A DNA stretch of 64,000 nt from an uncultured cyanobacterium (GTDB lineage: Bacteria; Cyanobacteriota; Cyanobacteriia; Cyanobacteriales; CAWUOF01), in NCBI GenBank assembly GCA_963744145.1, contig CAVUSO010000001.1:5856001-5920000 (forward strand), written 5' to 3'. The translations under genes and the position numbers were made by a program. The notes below the pieces were generated by a model. That model saw only the letters and a program-made list of their open reading frames with translations, was not told the origin of the DNA and searched no databases. Shown here piece after piece: positions 52,801-61,983 of the stretch (its first letter is position 1; every line of letters starts with the position of its first letter).

Positions 52801-53074
52801 CTGATTGCCACTGAGTTAAGCTGGAATTAGTGATTACTTTTGGTGATTTAAGTTGAGATTTGCCATTTTCTGGTAATTGCCAAGAAAAAGTTTCTGATTT
52901 TTGTAGAGATGCTAAAAAAGTGCTTAATTCTACTTGACTCATCGCCAAAGGATGAGATAAGATATTTCCTGATTGAGCAAATCCAGTCCCACTAATTCTG
53001 CGCCAAGTTTCTCCCCAAATAAAGAAAGAATTACCTTGATTTTGAGAAAGCCAACTTCCATGTAAAACTGCCAT
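49867..53074 (-). pseudogene. SNF2-family helicase/ATPase, 2-nt deletion at 50176-50183
   Basis: LRPYQ, LADDMGLGKT, DEAQ, TGTPVEN. Adding one dinucleotide to the (GA)4 run restores [37 protein letters not shown]. Confidence 0.9.
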
Positions 53075-53347
53075 CCGCTCAATTCCTATATTTCCCTAGC
53101 ACTTTAGATTTTGACAAAAATAGATGTTTTAGCGAGTTATTTAACATCTAAACAGAGATTCCTGAAGTCCTGAAAGGTTAATATTATAACACATAACCAA
53201 GAAAAAAAGGCATCAAGCTGGCTGTCCGGGAGCTGGGATGTGATGTCCATACCGCCCGAGCAAAAGGGAGTAAATGGCGAATTTTTTGGTAAATGCTAGG
53301 ATTGCCACAGAGAAAGAAAAGAATAACAGTGAAGGAAAAAGCCCTGA

Positions 53348-55507
53348 ATGACAGAGATAGACAAAGCAATATCATTTGATGGACGGGAAATTCGGTTGAA
53401 AGTTGGCCTGTTCGCTCCTCAAGCAGGTGGTTCAGTATTTATTCAATCGGGAGATACAGCAGTTTTAGTAACTGCAACCCGTTCGACAGGAAGAGAAGGG
53501 ATAGATTTTCTACCCTTATTGGTCGATTATGAAGAAAGACTGTATGCAGCTGGTCGAATTCCTGGTGGTTTTTTACGACGAGAAGGACGTCCCCCAGAAA
53601 AGGTGACTCTGACCAGTCGTTTAATTGATCGACCCCTACGTCCGTTATTTCCCAGTTGGTTGAGGGATGATATCCAAATCGTAGCCACGACATTATCAAT
53701 GGATGAGGAAGTACCACCAGATGTACTCGCAGTTACGGGTGCTTCGGTCGCGGTGCTATTGGCAAAAATTCCCTTTCATGGTCCAATGGCAGCAGTCCGG
53801 GTGGGATTGGTTGGAGATGATTTTGTGATTAATCCGACTTACTCCGAAGTCGAGTCTGGTGATTTAGATTTGGTGGTCGCCGGTTCACCCCAAGGAGTGA
53901 TCATGGTAGAAGCTCGTTCTAATCAATTGCCAGAACAAGATATTATCGAGGCGATCGACTTTGGCTATGAAGCAGTCTGTGACTTAATTAAAGCCCAAGC
54001 AGAAATGATGGCAGATTTAGGGATTGATCTGACGGTGGAAGATCCCGATCCAGTCGATCAGACCCTAGAAAACTTTATTCGCGATCGGGCTACAGCCCAG
54101 ATTAAAGAGGTTTTAACCAGATTTGAGCTGGACAAAACTAGTCGTGATGCTCTGTTAGACGAGATTAAAGCAACAGAAATAGTAACTGCGATCGCTGAAT
54201 TAGCCGAAGATGATCCAGTCCGAGTTGCCGCCACAGGTAATGATAAGACGATTAGCATGGTTTTCAAAGAAGTAACTAAGGAACTCATGCGTCGTCAAAT
54301 CATCGAAGATGGTGTACGAGTTGATGGTCGTAAACTCGATGAAGTACGTCCAGTTTCTTGTCGGGTTGGTCTTTTACCAGCAAGAGTGCATGGTAGTGGT
54401 TTATTTAACCGAGGTTTAACTCAGGTTTTATCAGTTGTCACCTTGGGAACTCCTGGAGATGCTCAGGATCTAGCTGATGACTTACATCCTGATGATGAAA
54501 AGCGTTATCTCCATCATTACAATTTCCCACCCTATTCCGTCGGTGAAACTAAACCTATGCGGGCTCCTGGTCGTCGGGAAATTGGTCATGGAGCTTTAGC
54601 AGAACGTGCTTTAGTACCAGTGTTACCACCCAAAGCAGAGTTTCCTTATGTGATTCGGGTAGTGTCAGAGGTACTTTCTTCCAATGGTTCTACTTCGATG
54701 GGTTCGGTATGTGGTTCTACTTTAGCTTTAATGGATGCGGGAGTACCAATTACCAAACCAGTTAGTGGTGCTGCAATGGGTTTGATCAAAGAAGGTGATG
54801 AAGTTCGGATTCTGACTGATATCCAAGGGATTGAAGATTTCTTGGGGGATATGGATTTTAAGGTCGCTGGGACTGATAGTGGGATTACCGCTTTACAGAT
54901 GGATATGAAGCTGACTGGTTTGTCGATGGATATAGTTGCTAAAGCGATCTATCAAGCTAAACCAGCGCGGTTACATATTCTCGAAAAAATGATGTTAGCG
55001 ATCGATAAACCCCGTACAGAAATGTCACCTTATGCTCCTCGATTGTTAATGTTGCGAGTTGATCCAGACTTTATTGGTATGATCATTGGACCTGGGGGTA
55101 AGATGATCAAGAGCATTACCGAAGAAACTGGTGCTAAAGTCGAAATCTCTGATGATGGTACAGTTACCGTTTCTGCTGTAGATTTGGATAAAGCTAAACG
55201 CGCTGTAACCATTATTCAAAACTTAGTCCGGAAACTAAGTGAAGGTGATGTCTATGCTGGTCGCGTCACTCGCATTATTCCCATTGGTGCTTTTGTCGAG
55301 GTGCTTCCTGGTAAGGAAGGGATGATTCATATTTCCCAATTAGCTGATTATCGAGTTGGTAAGGTAGAAGATGTTCTAGCTGTTGGGGATGAAGTGATTG
55401 TCAAAGTCCGGGAAATTGACCAAAAGGGTCGGATTAATTTGACTCGTTTGGGTATTCACCCCGATGAAGCAGCCGCAGCTCGTGCTGCTGCTTCGGCTAA
55501 TCGCTAA
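53348..55507 (+). CDS. pnp: Polyribonucleotide nucleotidyltransferase (PNPase)
   Basis: [38 protein letters not shown] and S1 domains. Confidence 0.98.
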   Translation: MTEIDKAISFDGREIRLKVGLFAPQAGGSVFIQSGDTAVLVTATRSTGREGIDFLPLLVDYEERLYAAGRIPGGFLRREGRPPEKVTLTSRLIDRPLRPLFPSWLRDDIQIVATTLSMDEEVPPDVLAVTGASVAVLLAKIPFHGPMAAVRVGLVGDDFVINPTYSEVESGDLDLVVAGSPQGVIMVEARSNQLPEQDIIEAIDFGYEAVCDLIKAQAEMMADLGIDLTVEDPDPVDQTLENFIRDRATAQIKEVLTRFELDKTSRDALLDEIKATEIVTAIAELAEDDPVRVAATGNDKTISMVFKEVTKELMRRQIIEDGVRVDGRKLDEVRPVSCRVGLLPARVHGSGLFNRGLTQVLSVVTLGTPGDAQDLADDLHPDDEKRYLHHYNFPPYSVGETKPMRAPGRREIGHGALAERALVPVLPPKAEFPYVIRVVSEVLSSNGSTSMGSVCGSTLALMDAGVPITKPVSGAAMGLIKEGDEVRILTDIQGIEDFLGDMDFKVAGTDSGITALQMDMKLTGLSMDIVAKAIYQAKPARLHILEKMMLAIDKPRTEMSPYAPRLLMLRVDPDFIGMIIGPGGKMIKSITEETGAKVEISDDGTVTVSAVDLDKAKRAVTIIQNLVRKLSEGDVYAGRVTRIIPIGAFVEVLPGKEGMIHISQLADYRVGKVEDVLAVGDEVIVKVREIDQKGRINLTRLGIHPDEAAAARAAASANR

Positions 55508-55514
55508 AATTGTT

Positions 55515-55574
55515 AATAGGTAATGGGTAGTTGGTTAGAGGTTAGTAACTTAACTTATTATCTGTTACCTATTA
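55515..55574 (+). terminator. Hairpin with short degenerate repeats after pnp
   Basis: AATAGGTAA...TTACCTATT. Confidence 0.4.
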
Positions 55575-55640
55575 TTAATTAGGGGTTGGCGATCGCCAAT
55601 ATATTTATCTCCTAAATTGATAAATTTTGATGAATGAAAC

Positions 55641-55764
55641 TAGACTTCTTGCAAAAATAATTAAAACAGGCAAGATGCCTGTCCCACAAGAGTCTTTTTT
55701 TGTTGTGGGACAGGCATCTTGCCTGTCCAATAAATCGATCAACATGACTTTTGCAAGAGGTCTA
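55641..55764. mobile_element. 124-bp MITE, copy 2 (inverted relative to copy 1)
   Basis: TAGACTTCTTGCAAAA...TTTTGCAAGAGGTCTA, with the same inner palindrome. Confidence 0.8.
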
Positions 55765-55810
55765 CTGTAGATTAAAATCTATCCCTATCCTATAACTATG
55801 GAGTTTATTT

Positions 55811-56518
55811 TTGACACAAGTAAAAGGTAATTTTTTAGAACAAGCAGTCAACAAATTTATTGAGCTAGTGTTAGCAAGATTGGTTGATGCAGAACACTTA
55901 CAAGTTAAGATCAAAGCTAATCTCAAAGATTTACTCGCTGGAAAATTGGATGCTCTCACCATTCAAATGTTCGGCTTTCTGCTACGAAGTCATCTCCGCA
56001 TCACAGAATTTCAATTTCAGATTGGTGCTTCTGCTGTTAATTTGCAAAGCATAAGACATCGTAAAATTGAACTTTTGTATCCCGCAGAAGGCTCAATCCG
56101 GATGGTAATTACTCAAGCACAATTAACCACTTTTCTTAATCAAAAATTAGGATATTTATTTCGAGAGAATCAACAAGAATTTAAACTTGAACAGGTAAAG
56201 TGTGAATTTAGGGAAGATGGGGCGATCGCCTTTCATTTCTACTGGATGAATCCTAAATTAAATAACTCTGAAATTTGTATTATCCTCTGTCAAATTGAGA
56301 CTAGCAACAATCCAGTTACTCTCATTCCAGATAGTTTTAAAGCCCATGAATTACCAAATGAAGTTGTCAAAACTGCCCTCACCCAAGTAAGTGATATTTT
56401 AAGTTTAAATGATCTAGCTAATCAGGGTAGTACCTTTGGAAACAAACAATTTAATATGGAAGGAGGTACAATTATAGTACAAGCTCATGCCTATATCGAG
56501 CAATTTCCATCCAATTAA
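55811..56518 (+). CDS. DUF2993 / LmeA-like protein
   Basis: L.VKIKA...LLAGKLDAL pattern and ITQAQLTTFLN; family assigned by resemblance only. Confidence 0.6.
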   Translation: MTQVKGNFLEQAVNKFIELVLARLVDAEHLQVKIKANLKDLLAGKLDALTIQMFGFLLRSHLRITEFQFQIGASAVNLQSIRHRKIELLYPAEGSIRMVITQAQLTTFLNQKLGYLFRENQQEFKLEQVKCEFREDGAIAFHFYWMNPKLNNSEICIILCQIETSNNPVTLIPDSFKAHELPNEVVKTALTQVSDILSLNDLANQGSTFGNKQFNMEGGTIIVQAHAYIEQFPSN

Positions 56519-56815
56519 TACCAATTAACTATGAAATTGCACTTAATCTGAGGTTGATCTGTTAGGCCAGGGCAGGTTTATAATGGTGATCTGTTGGTGG
56601 CAAAATTGACTGGTGAACCTGCCCCTACCAATTTTATCCTCAATTTGCGGATTTCTGTAGTAGGGGCGGGTTCGCCCAGATTTTTGAAATTTACCAATTA
56701 ATTAGAAAAACCCGCCCCGGTTCACCGAGATGTTTGACATTTACCTACTAATCATCAAAACCCACCCTCACCCACAGATCAATCTTATCAATGTATCTTC
56801 ATGGTGAATTGGTAT
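56518..56815. mobile_element. Composite MITE/REP cluster
   Basis: TIRs ATACCAATTAACTATGAA / TTCATGGTGAATTGGTAT enclose GGGCAGGTT..AACCTGCCCCTAC and GTAGGGGCGGGTT..AACCCGCCCC. Confidence 0.65.
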
Positions 56816-56870
56816 AAATCAATTATTGCCCCTGTACGGGCGTATTTTCCATACACCCCTTCTCTAAACC

Positions 56871-57503
56871 ATGATCCAAACTTTATCAAAACTCCTAACT
56901 TTTACGGAATTTATCAATTGGCTACCTGAAAATTCTGATCAACGCTATGAACTGCACAACGGTAACATTATAGAAATGGCACAACCTCTAGGTGAACATG
57001 AGGAAGTTAAAGGATTTTTAACCATCAAACTTAGTGTGACGATTGACCGACTAAATCTCCCTTATTTTATTGCTAACCAATCTATTATTAAGCCGATTGG
57101 CAAAGATTCTGGGTATTTTCCAGATATTTTAGTAATCAATCGTGCTAATTTGGGCAATGAAAAACTTTGGCAAAAAGAATCCACTCTTAGTTTAGCTGCT
57201 TCTATACCTTTAGTAGTTGAAATAGTTTCAACTAATTGGAGAGATGATTACTATTTGAAATATGCTGATTATGAAGAGATGGGTATTCAAGAATACTGGA
57301 TCATCGATTATGGGGCATTAGGTGGACGTAAATTTGTTGGTAACCCTAAACAAAAGACTATCTCTATTTGTAACTTAGTTGAGGGAGAATATCAGATTAG
57401 TAAGTTTCAAAATCAAGATGTGATTGTTTCCCAAATTTTTCCAGAATTACATCTCACTGCTAATCAGATTTTTACCTGTGGTAATGAAGGAGCGATCGCT
57501 TAA
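56871..57503 (+). CDS. Uma2-family endonuclease-fold protein
   Basis: RYELHNG, PDI, LVVEIVS, KYADYEEMGIQEYWIID. Confidence 0.92.
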   Translation: MIQTLSKLLTFTEFINWLPENSDQRYELHNGNIIEMAQPLGEHEEVKGFLTIKLSVTIDRLNLPYFIANQSIIKPIGKDSGYFPDILVINRANLGNEKLWQKESTLSLAASIPLVVEIVSTNWRDDYYLKYADYEEMGIQEYWIIDYGALGGRKFVGNPKQKTISICNLVEGEYQISKFQNQDVIVSQIFPELHLTANQIFTCGNEGAIA

Positions 57504-57569
57504 AAATTTTTATGTTTATTTGGCGATCGGCACCACCTGATCAAGACAGACAAGATGGCTGTCCCACCA

Positions 57570-58475
57570 TCAGCTAGCATTTTTCTCTTTGATCCACCCT
57601 AATAAAATTGGATTGACAATTTCTGGAGCTTCATCATGGGGACAATGACCTAATCCCTCTAAAGGAAGGAACTTTTCTACAGAGGGAAAATTGGCTAATC
57701 GGGCACCTAATTCGATCGGTTCCCAAGGGTCTTCTGCTCCCCACAAAATCATTACTGGACAAGCTAAATTTGGCAATAAATCCTCTGGAAGCGGACCTTG
57801 GGAATAACGAGTAAATGCTAAAAATACATACACTGCACCAGGATCAAGTGCTGGTTCGATAATTAGATCAACCAGTTCATCAGTTACTGCTTCGGAACGT
57901 TTGTAAGCTTGTAAAAGAACCTTCCGGACTGTAGCTGGTCTAGCTAACTGGTGAAAAAATAACTGACCAATCCGTTTTACTGCTAATAATTGTTGCACCA
58001 TTGGTGTACCAATGCGGCGCATCCAGGAAAGTTGTTCTCGTCGGCGATCGTGTAATAGTCTTAGGGAACAATTAATGATCACTATTCCTAATACTAGATC
58101 GGGATAACTGACTGCGGTTTGCATAGCCGCAATACAACCAATCGAATTACCGACTAAAAAAGCAGGTCCACCGACCACTTCTCGACAAAAATCGGCGATT
58201 TGTTGTCCCCAGGTTTCAAAGGTATAGGAGATCTTACCAGGAAAGGGTTTAGCTGAAGCACCAAAACCAATCAAATCAATCGCAAAAACTCTAGTTTGTG
58301 CCGCTAAAATTGGGATATTATGACGCCAATGTCCAGATGAAGCGCCAAAGCCATGTACTAATATCACTGCTGGACCTTCATCACCCTGGTGTTGATAACC
58401 AATGGAGAAACCTTGCCAAATCCAAGTTTTATAGTTGAGTTTGGTTGATGTAGTTGCAGGTGTAGAACTGGTCAT
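57570..58475 (-). CDS. Alpha/beta fold hydrolase
   Basis: LVHGFGAS, DLIGFG.S, GNSIG, GHCPHDE. Confidence 0.92.
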   Translation of the reverse strand: MTSSTPATTSTKLNYKTWIWQGFSIGYQHQGDEGPAVILVHGFGASSGHWRHNIPILAAQTRVFAIDLIGFGASAKPFPGKISYTFETWGQQIADFCREVVGGPAFLVGNSIGCIAAMQTAVSYPDLVLGIVIINCSLRLLHDRRREQLSWMRRIGTPMVQQLLAVKRIGQLFFHQLARPATVRKVLLQAYKRSEAVTDELVDLIIEPALDPGAVYVFLAFTRYSQGPLPEDLLPNLACPVMILWGAEDPWEPIELGARLANFPSVEKFLPLEGLGHCPHDEAPEIVNPILLGWIKEKNAS

Positions 58476-58807
58476 AGTTGGGAATAGGTTAAATATCAGT
58501 AGCTGATCGCTTTGGCAACAATTAGTCAGTAAAACTAAACTTAATTCAACCGATCTACGCCCCAGATTAATTTATTTTTCCAGTAAAATATTACTTGAGA
58601 ACCTACATAACTCGCTTTAGAGATATTTTAGCATTGAGAAAGAGAAAATTTCAGATTAGCCAATTATTTTTCAGGCTTAACTTTAAATAGCTCTAGCCAA
58701 ATTTAACCAGCTTGGTTGATCAGGGATTTTTTGACTAGAATCGAAAAACGTGGAAATATTTCTTTATCCTGTCTAGTGCAGGCATTTTTGAGGGTAAGTG
58801 GTAAAAT

Positions 58808-60727
58808 ATGCAAACACAAGACCGCGTTGCTACATCGAAACTAGATGCGACTATTGCAGCTAGCCAGAACTATCTACTTTCTACCCAATATCCTGATGGC
58901 TATTGGTGGACAGAGCTAGAATCTAATGTGACAATGGTAGCAGAAGCTATTCTCCTCCACAAAATTTGGGGTACAGATGGAACGAGACCTCTAGCTAAAG
59001 CGGAAAATTATCTCCGTCGGGAACAGCGGAGTCATGGTGGTTGGGAACTTTTCTATGGTGATGGTGGACACCTAAGTACCTCGATCGAAGCATATATGGC
59101 TTTGAAGTTGCTGGGTGTATCGTCCACTGATCCGGCCATGATTAAGGCTAAAGATTTTATTTTAGCACAAGGCGGAATTAGCAAATCGCGCATTTTTACT
59201 AAGTTACACTTAGCATTAATTGGTTGCTACAGTTGGCAAGGGATTCCGGCTTTGCCACCTTGGATTATGCTGCTACCAGAGTCTTTCCCCTTCACAATTT
59301 ACGAAATGTCTAGCTGGGCCAGAGGTAGCACGGTTCCTTTGTTGATCGTTTTTGACCGCAAACCGATTTTTCGAGTTAATCCAGCGATTAGTCTAGATGA
59401 ACTTTATGTTGAAGCCGCTGGTAATGTCAAGTTTGAATTGCCCCGAAATAATGATTGGACAGATTTATTTCTAGTGCTTGATCAGGTTTTTAAATTTGCC
59501 GAAGATTTTAATTTAGTACCTTGGCGATCGGAAAGTATTGAAGCTGCGGAAAAATGGGTCTTAGAACGTCAGGAAGCAAGTGGAGATTGGGGTGGGATTA
59601 TTCCTGCGATGTTAAATTCTCTTTTGGGGTTACGTTGTCTTGATTATGATGTGGCTGATCCGATTATTGTGAGAGGGATGGAAGCGGTCGATCGTTTTGC
59701 GATCGAAACGATTGATAGTTACCGAATGCAACCTTGTGTTTCTCCAGTTTGGGATACCGCTTTGGTAATGCGATCGCTAGTTGATTCAGGTTTAGCCCCA
59801 GATCATCCCGCTTTAATTAGAGGTGGTGAATGGTTGCTTCGTAAACAAATTTTAGATTATGGAGATTGGGCAGTTAAAAATAAGCAAGGAAAACCAGGTG
59901 CTTGGGCTTTTGAATTTGAAAATCGGTTTTATCCCGATGTTGATGATTCTGCGGTAGTAGTAATGGCCTTATGTGGGATAAAATTACCAAATGAACAGTT
60001 AAAACAAGCTGCGATCGCCCGTACTGTTGCTTGGATTGGGACAATGCAATGTCAAGCAGGTGGTTGGGCTGCTTTTGATCTAAATAATAATCAAGCTTGG
60101 CTGAATGCGTTACCTTATGCTGACCTAAAAGCCATGATTGATCCTAACACAGCAGATGTAACTGCTCGAGTTTTAGAAATGTTAGGGAAAATTGAAAATG
60201 TGACGATGGAAAAGAGTCGGGTGACTCGTGCTTTAGATTATCTAGTCAAAGAACAAGAAATTGAAGGTTGTTGGTTTGGTCGTTGGGGAGTAAATTATAT
60301 TTATGGCACCAGTGGAGTTCTTGCCGCATTATCTTTAATTGCACCACAATCTCATCGTAGTAATATTGAGCGCGGTGCCAATTGGTTAATTAGTTGTCAA
60401 AATCCTGATGGTGGTTGGGGCGAAACCTGTTTAAGTTATAACGATCCTAGTTTAAAAGGAAAAGGAAACAGTACAGCATCTCAAACTGCTTGGGCTTTAA
60501 TTGGTTTAATAGCGGCTGGGGAAGCAACTGGCAATTTAGCAATGACTACAATTGAACAAGGAGTAAATTATCTGTTAGCAACCCAGCAATCAGATGGAAA
60601 ATGGGATGAGTCAGAATTTACTGGTACTGGTTTTCCTGGACATTTTTACCTAAAATACCACTTTTATCAACAACATTTTCCCCTGACGGCTTTAGGACGT
60701 TATCGGACACTATTAAATCAGGTTTGA
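58808..60727 (+). CDS. shc: Squalene-hopene cyclase
   Basis: DVDDSAVV catalytic motif, QW repeats (QNPDGGWGE, QQSDGKW), SPVWDT, FTGTGFPG. Confidence 0.97.
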   Translation: MQTQDRVATSKLDATIAASQNYLLSTQYPDGYWWTELESNVTMVAEAILLHKIWGTDGTRPLAKAENYLRREQRSHGGWELFYGDGGHLSTSIEAYMALKLLGVSSTDPAMIKAKDFILAQGGISKSRIFTKLHLALIGCYSWQGIPALPPWIMLLPESFPFTIYEMSSWARGSTVPLLIVFDRKPIFRVNPAISLDELYVEAAGNVKFELPRNNDWTDLFLVLDQVFKFAEDFNLVPWRSESIEAAEKWVLERQEASGDWGGIIPAMLNSLLGLRCLDYDVADPIIVRGMEAVDRFAIETIDSYRMQPCVSPVWDTALVMRSLVDSGLAPDHPALIRGGEWLLRKQILDYGDWAVKNKQGKPGAWAFEFENRFYPDVDDSAVVVMALCGIKLPNEQLKQAAIARTVAWIGTMQCQAGGWAAFDLNNNQAWLNALPYADLKAMIDPNTADVTARVLEMLGKIENVTMEKSRVTRALDYLVKEQEIEGCWFGRWGVNYIYGTSGVLAALSLIAPQSHRSNIERGANWLISCQNPDGGWGETCLSYNDPSLKGKGNSTASQTAWALIGLIAAGEATGNLAMTTIEQGVNYLLATQQSDGKWDESEFTGTGFPGHFYLKYHFYQQHFPLTALGRYRTLLNQV

Positions 60728-60816
60728 AAATTTAATTTGTCCTATTTCCTATTTCCATGATCCACAAGTCTTTTCGAGTTATCTCATAGACTTGCTCCAA
60801 ACCCCATCTTAAGTTC

Positions 60817-61581
60817 CTATAATTGTTCTAAATCAATACCCTTGGCTTGCAATAGTGCCAGCAAAGCTTGATAATTTTGTCTTTCTTGCTCAAGCTGGGT
60901 CATGGCGATCTCTGCACGTTGACGTTCTTGCTCAAGCTGGGTCATGGCGATCTCTGCGCGTTGATGTTCTTGTTCAGCACGTTGATGTTCTTGTTCAGCA
61001 CGAAGACGTTCTTGTTGAGTGAGTTGATCAAGTTCGATCGAGGTGAGAAATTTCTCTCCATCGGGACGATAAATCTCCAAGGTGTCTGGTTTAAGTTCAA
61101 ATCTGATCCCTAATCTAGGACTAACCCACCCTTGCATCTGGTCGATCGCTTCTAAGATATCTCCTCGACGCAAAAAGCCACTCAATTCCACTCGTTGGGG
61201 ATAATAAATGTAATATTCTTCCACCCCATATTGTTGATACAATAGGAATTTATTCGACATTTCGGTAGCGCTATTGCTGGGAGACAAAATTTCAAAGACG
61301 ACTTGAGGGTGAATATTTGCTTCGAGCCATTGTTGATAAGAACCGCGTTTACCTTTTGGTCTACCAAAGATGACCATAACATCGGGTGCCATTGATTGTA
61401 AACTTCCCTGGACTGGATACCAGAGCAGATTACCAGCGATAAAGACATTAGCTATTCCAGCAAATAAGCGTTCTAAATTCTCTTTAATAATGACAATCCA
61501 GTGAAATTGTTCAGTGTTATCAGCCATTGGTTGACCGTCGCTCTCCGGGTAAATAATTTCTGGTTGGAGTTGTTGAACCAT
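60817..61581 (-). CDS. Uma2-family protein with a coiled-coil tail
   Basis: YPESDGQPMADNT, APDVMV, VVFEILSP, YGVEEYY. Confidence 0.92.
   Translation of the reverse strand: MVQQLQPEIIYPESDGQPMADNTEQFHWIVIIKENLERLFAGIANVFIAGNLLWYPVQGSLQSMAPDVMVIFGRPKGKRGSYQQWLEANIHPQVVFEILSPSNSATEMSNKFLLYQQYGVEEYYIYYPQRVELSGFLRRGDILEAIDQMQGWVSPRLGIRFELKPDTLEIYRPDGEKFLTSIELDQLTQQERLRAEQEHQRAEQEHQRAEIAMTQLEQERQRAEIAMTQLEQERQNYQALLALLQAKGIDLEQL
60883..61008 (-). repeat. In-frame tandem repeats (2 x 42 bp plus 2 x 21 bp) encoding heptads
   Basis: Units TTCTTGCTCAAGCTGGGTCATGGCGATCTCTGCRCGTTGAYG and TTCTTGTTCAGCACG... Confidence 0.85.
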
Positions 61582-61983
61582 GCTACTAATCCTGCTTGAT
61601 TTGGGGGCTAAATTGATGATTAACTCTCCCTATTCTATCAGTTCTGCACTGGCTCAAACACAATTTTGGTATAAGCAGTCATTTCAGCTAACAAATTGAC
61701 CATAAAATTGCCTTGTACGGGCGCTGCTGGAACAATTGAAACAGATTTCTGCTGGTAGTCTCTGAAAATTTTCTTTAATCTCTTAGTAGCATTTGCTAGT
61801 GCTCTTAACGGAAATTAAAGTATCAAGGGATCATAGAGAAGTTAAAAATCATGAAAAATGTTACAGATGCTACTTTAAACTATCTTCAACAAAAAAATAG
61901 CCTGATTTTGGACTATATATAAAAAATATGTTAAATAATAAGATATCCTAACCAAAATATCCATTGAAAAATAAAATTTCGCT

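Noticed and set aside
48997..53074. SWIM plus SNF2 as a novel system
   Set aside because: This two-gene pairing is already well known in bacteria and archaea.
56560..56780. Possible tRNA or CRISPR in the GC-rich repeat cluster
   Set aside because: No cloverleaf, T-loop or regular repeat-spacer period; it fits REP-like palindromes.
58808..60727. Hopanoid biosynthetic gene cluster
   Set aside because: Only shc is present; no hpn genes flank it in this window.
60883..61017. Possible CRISPR array
   Set aside because: The units are contiguous and in frame, with no unique spacers and no cas genes.
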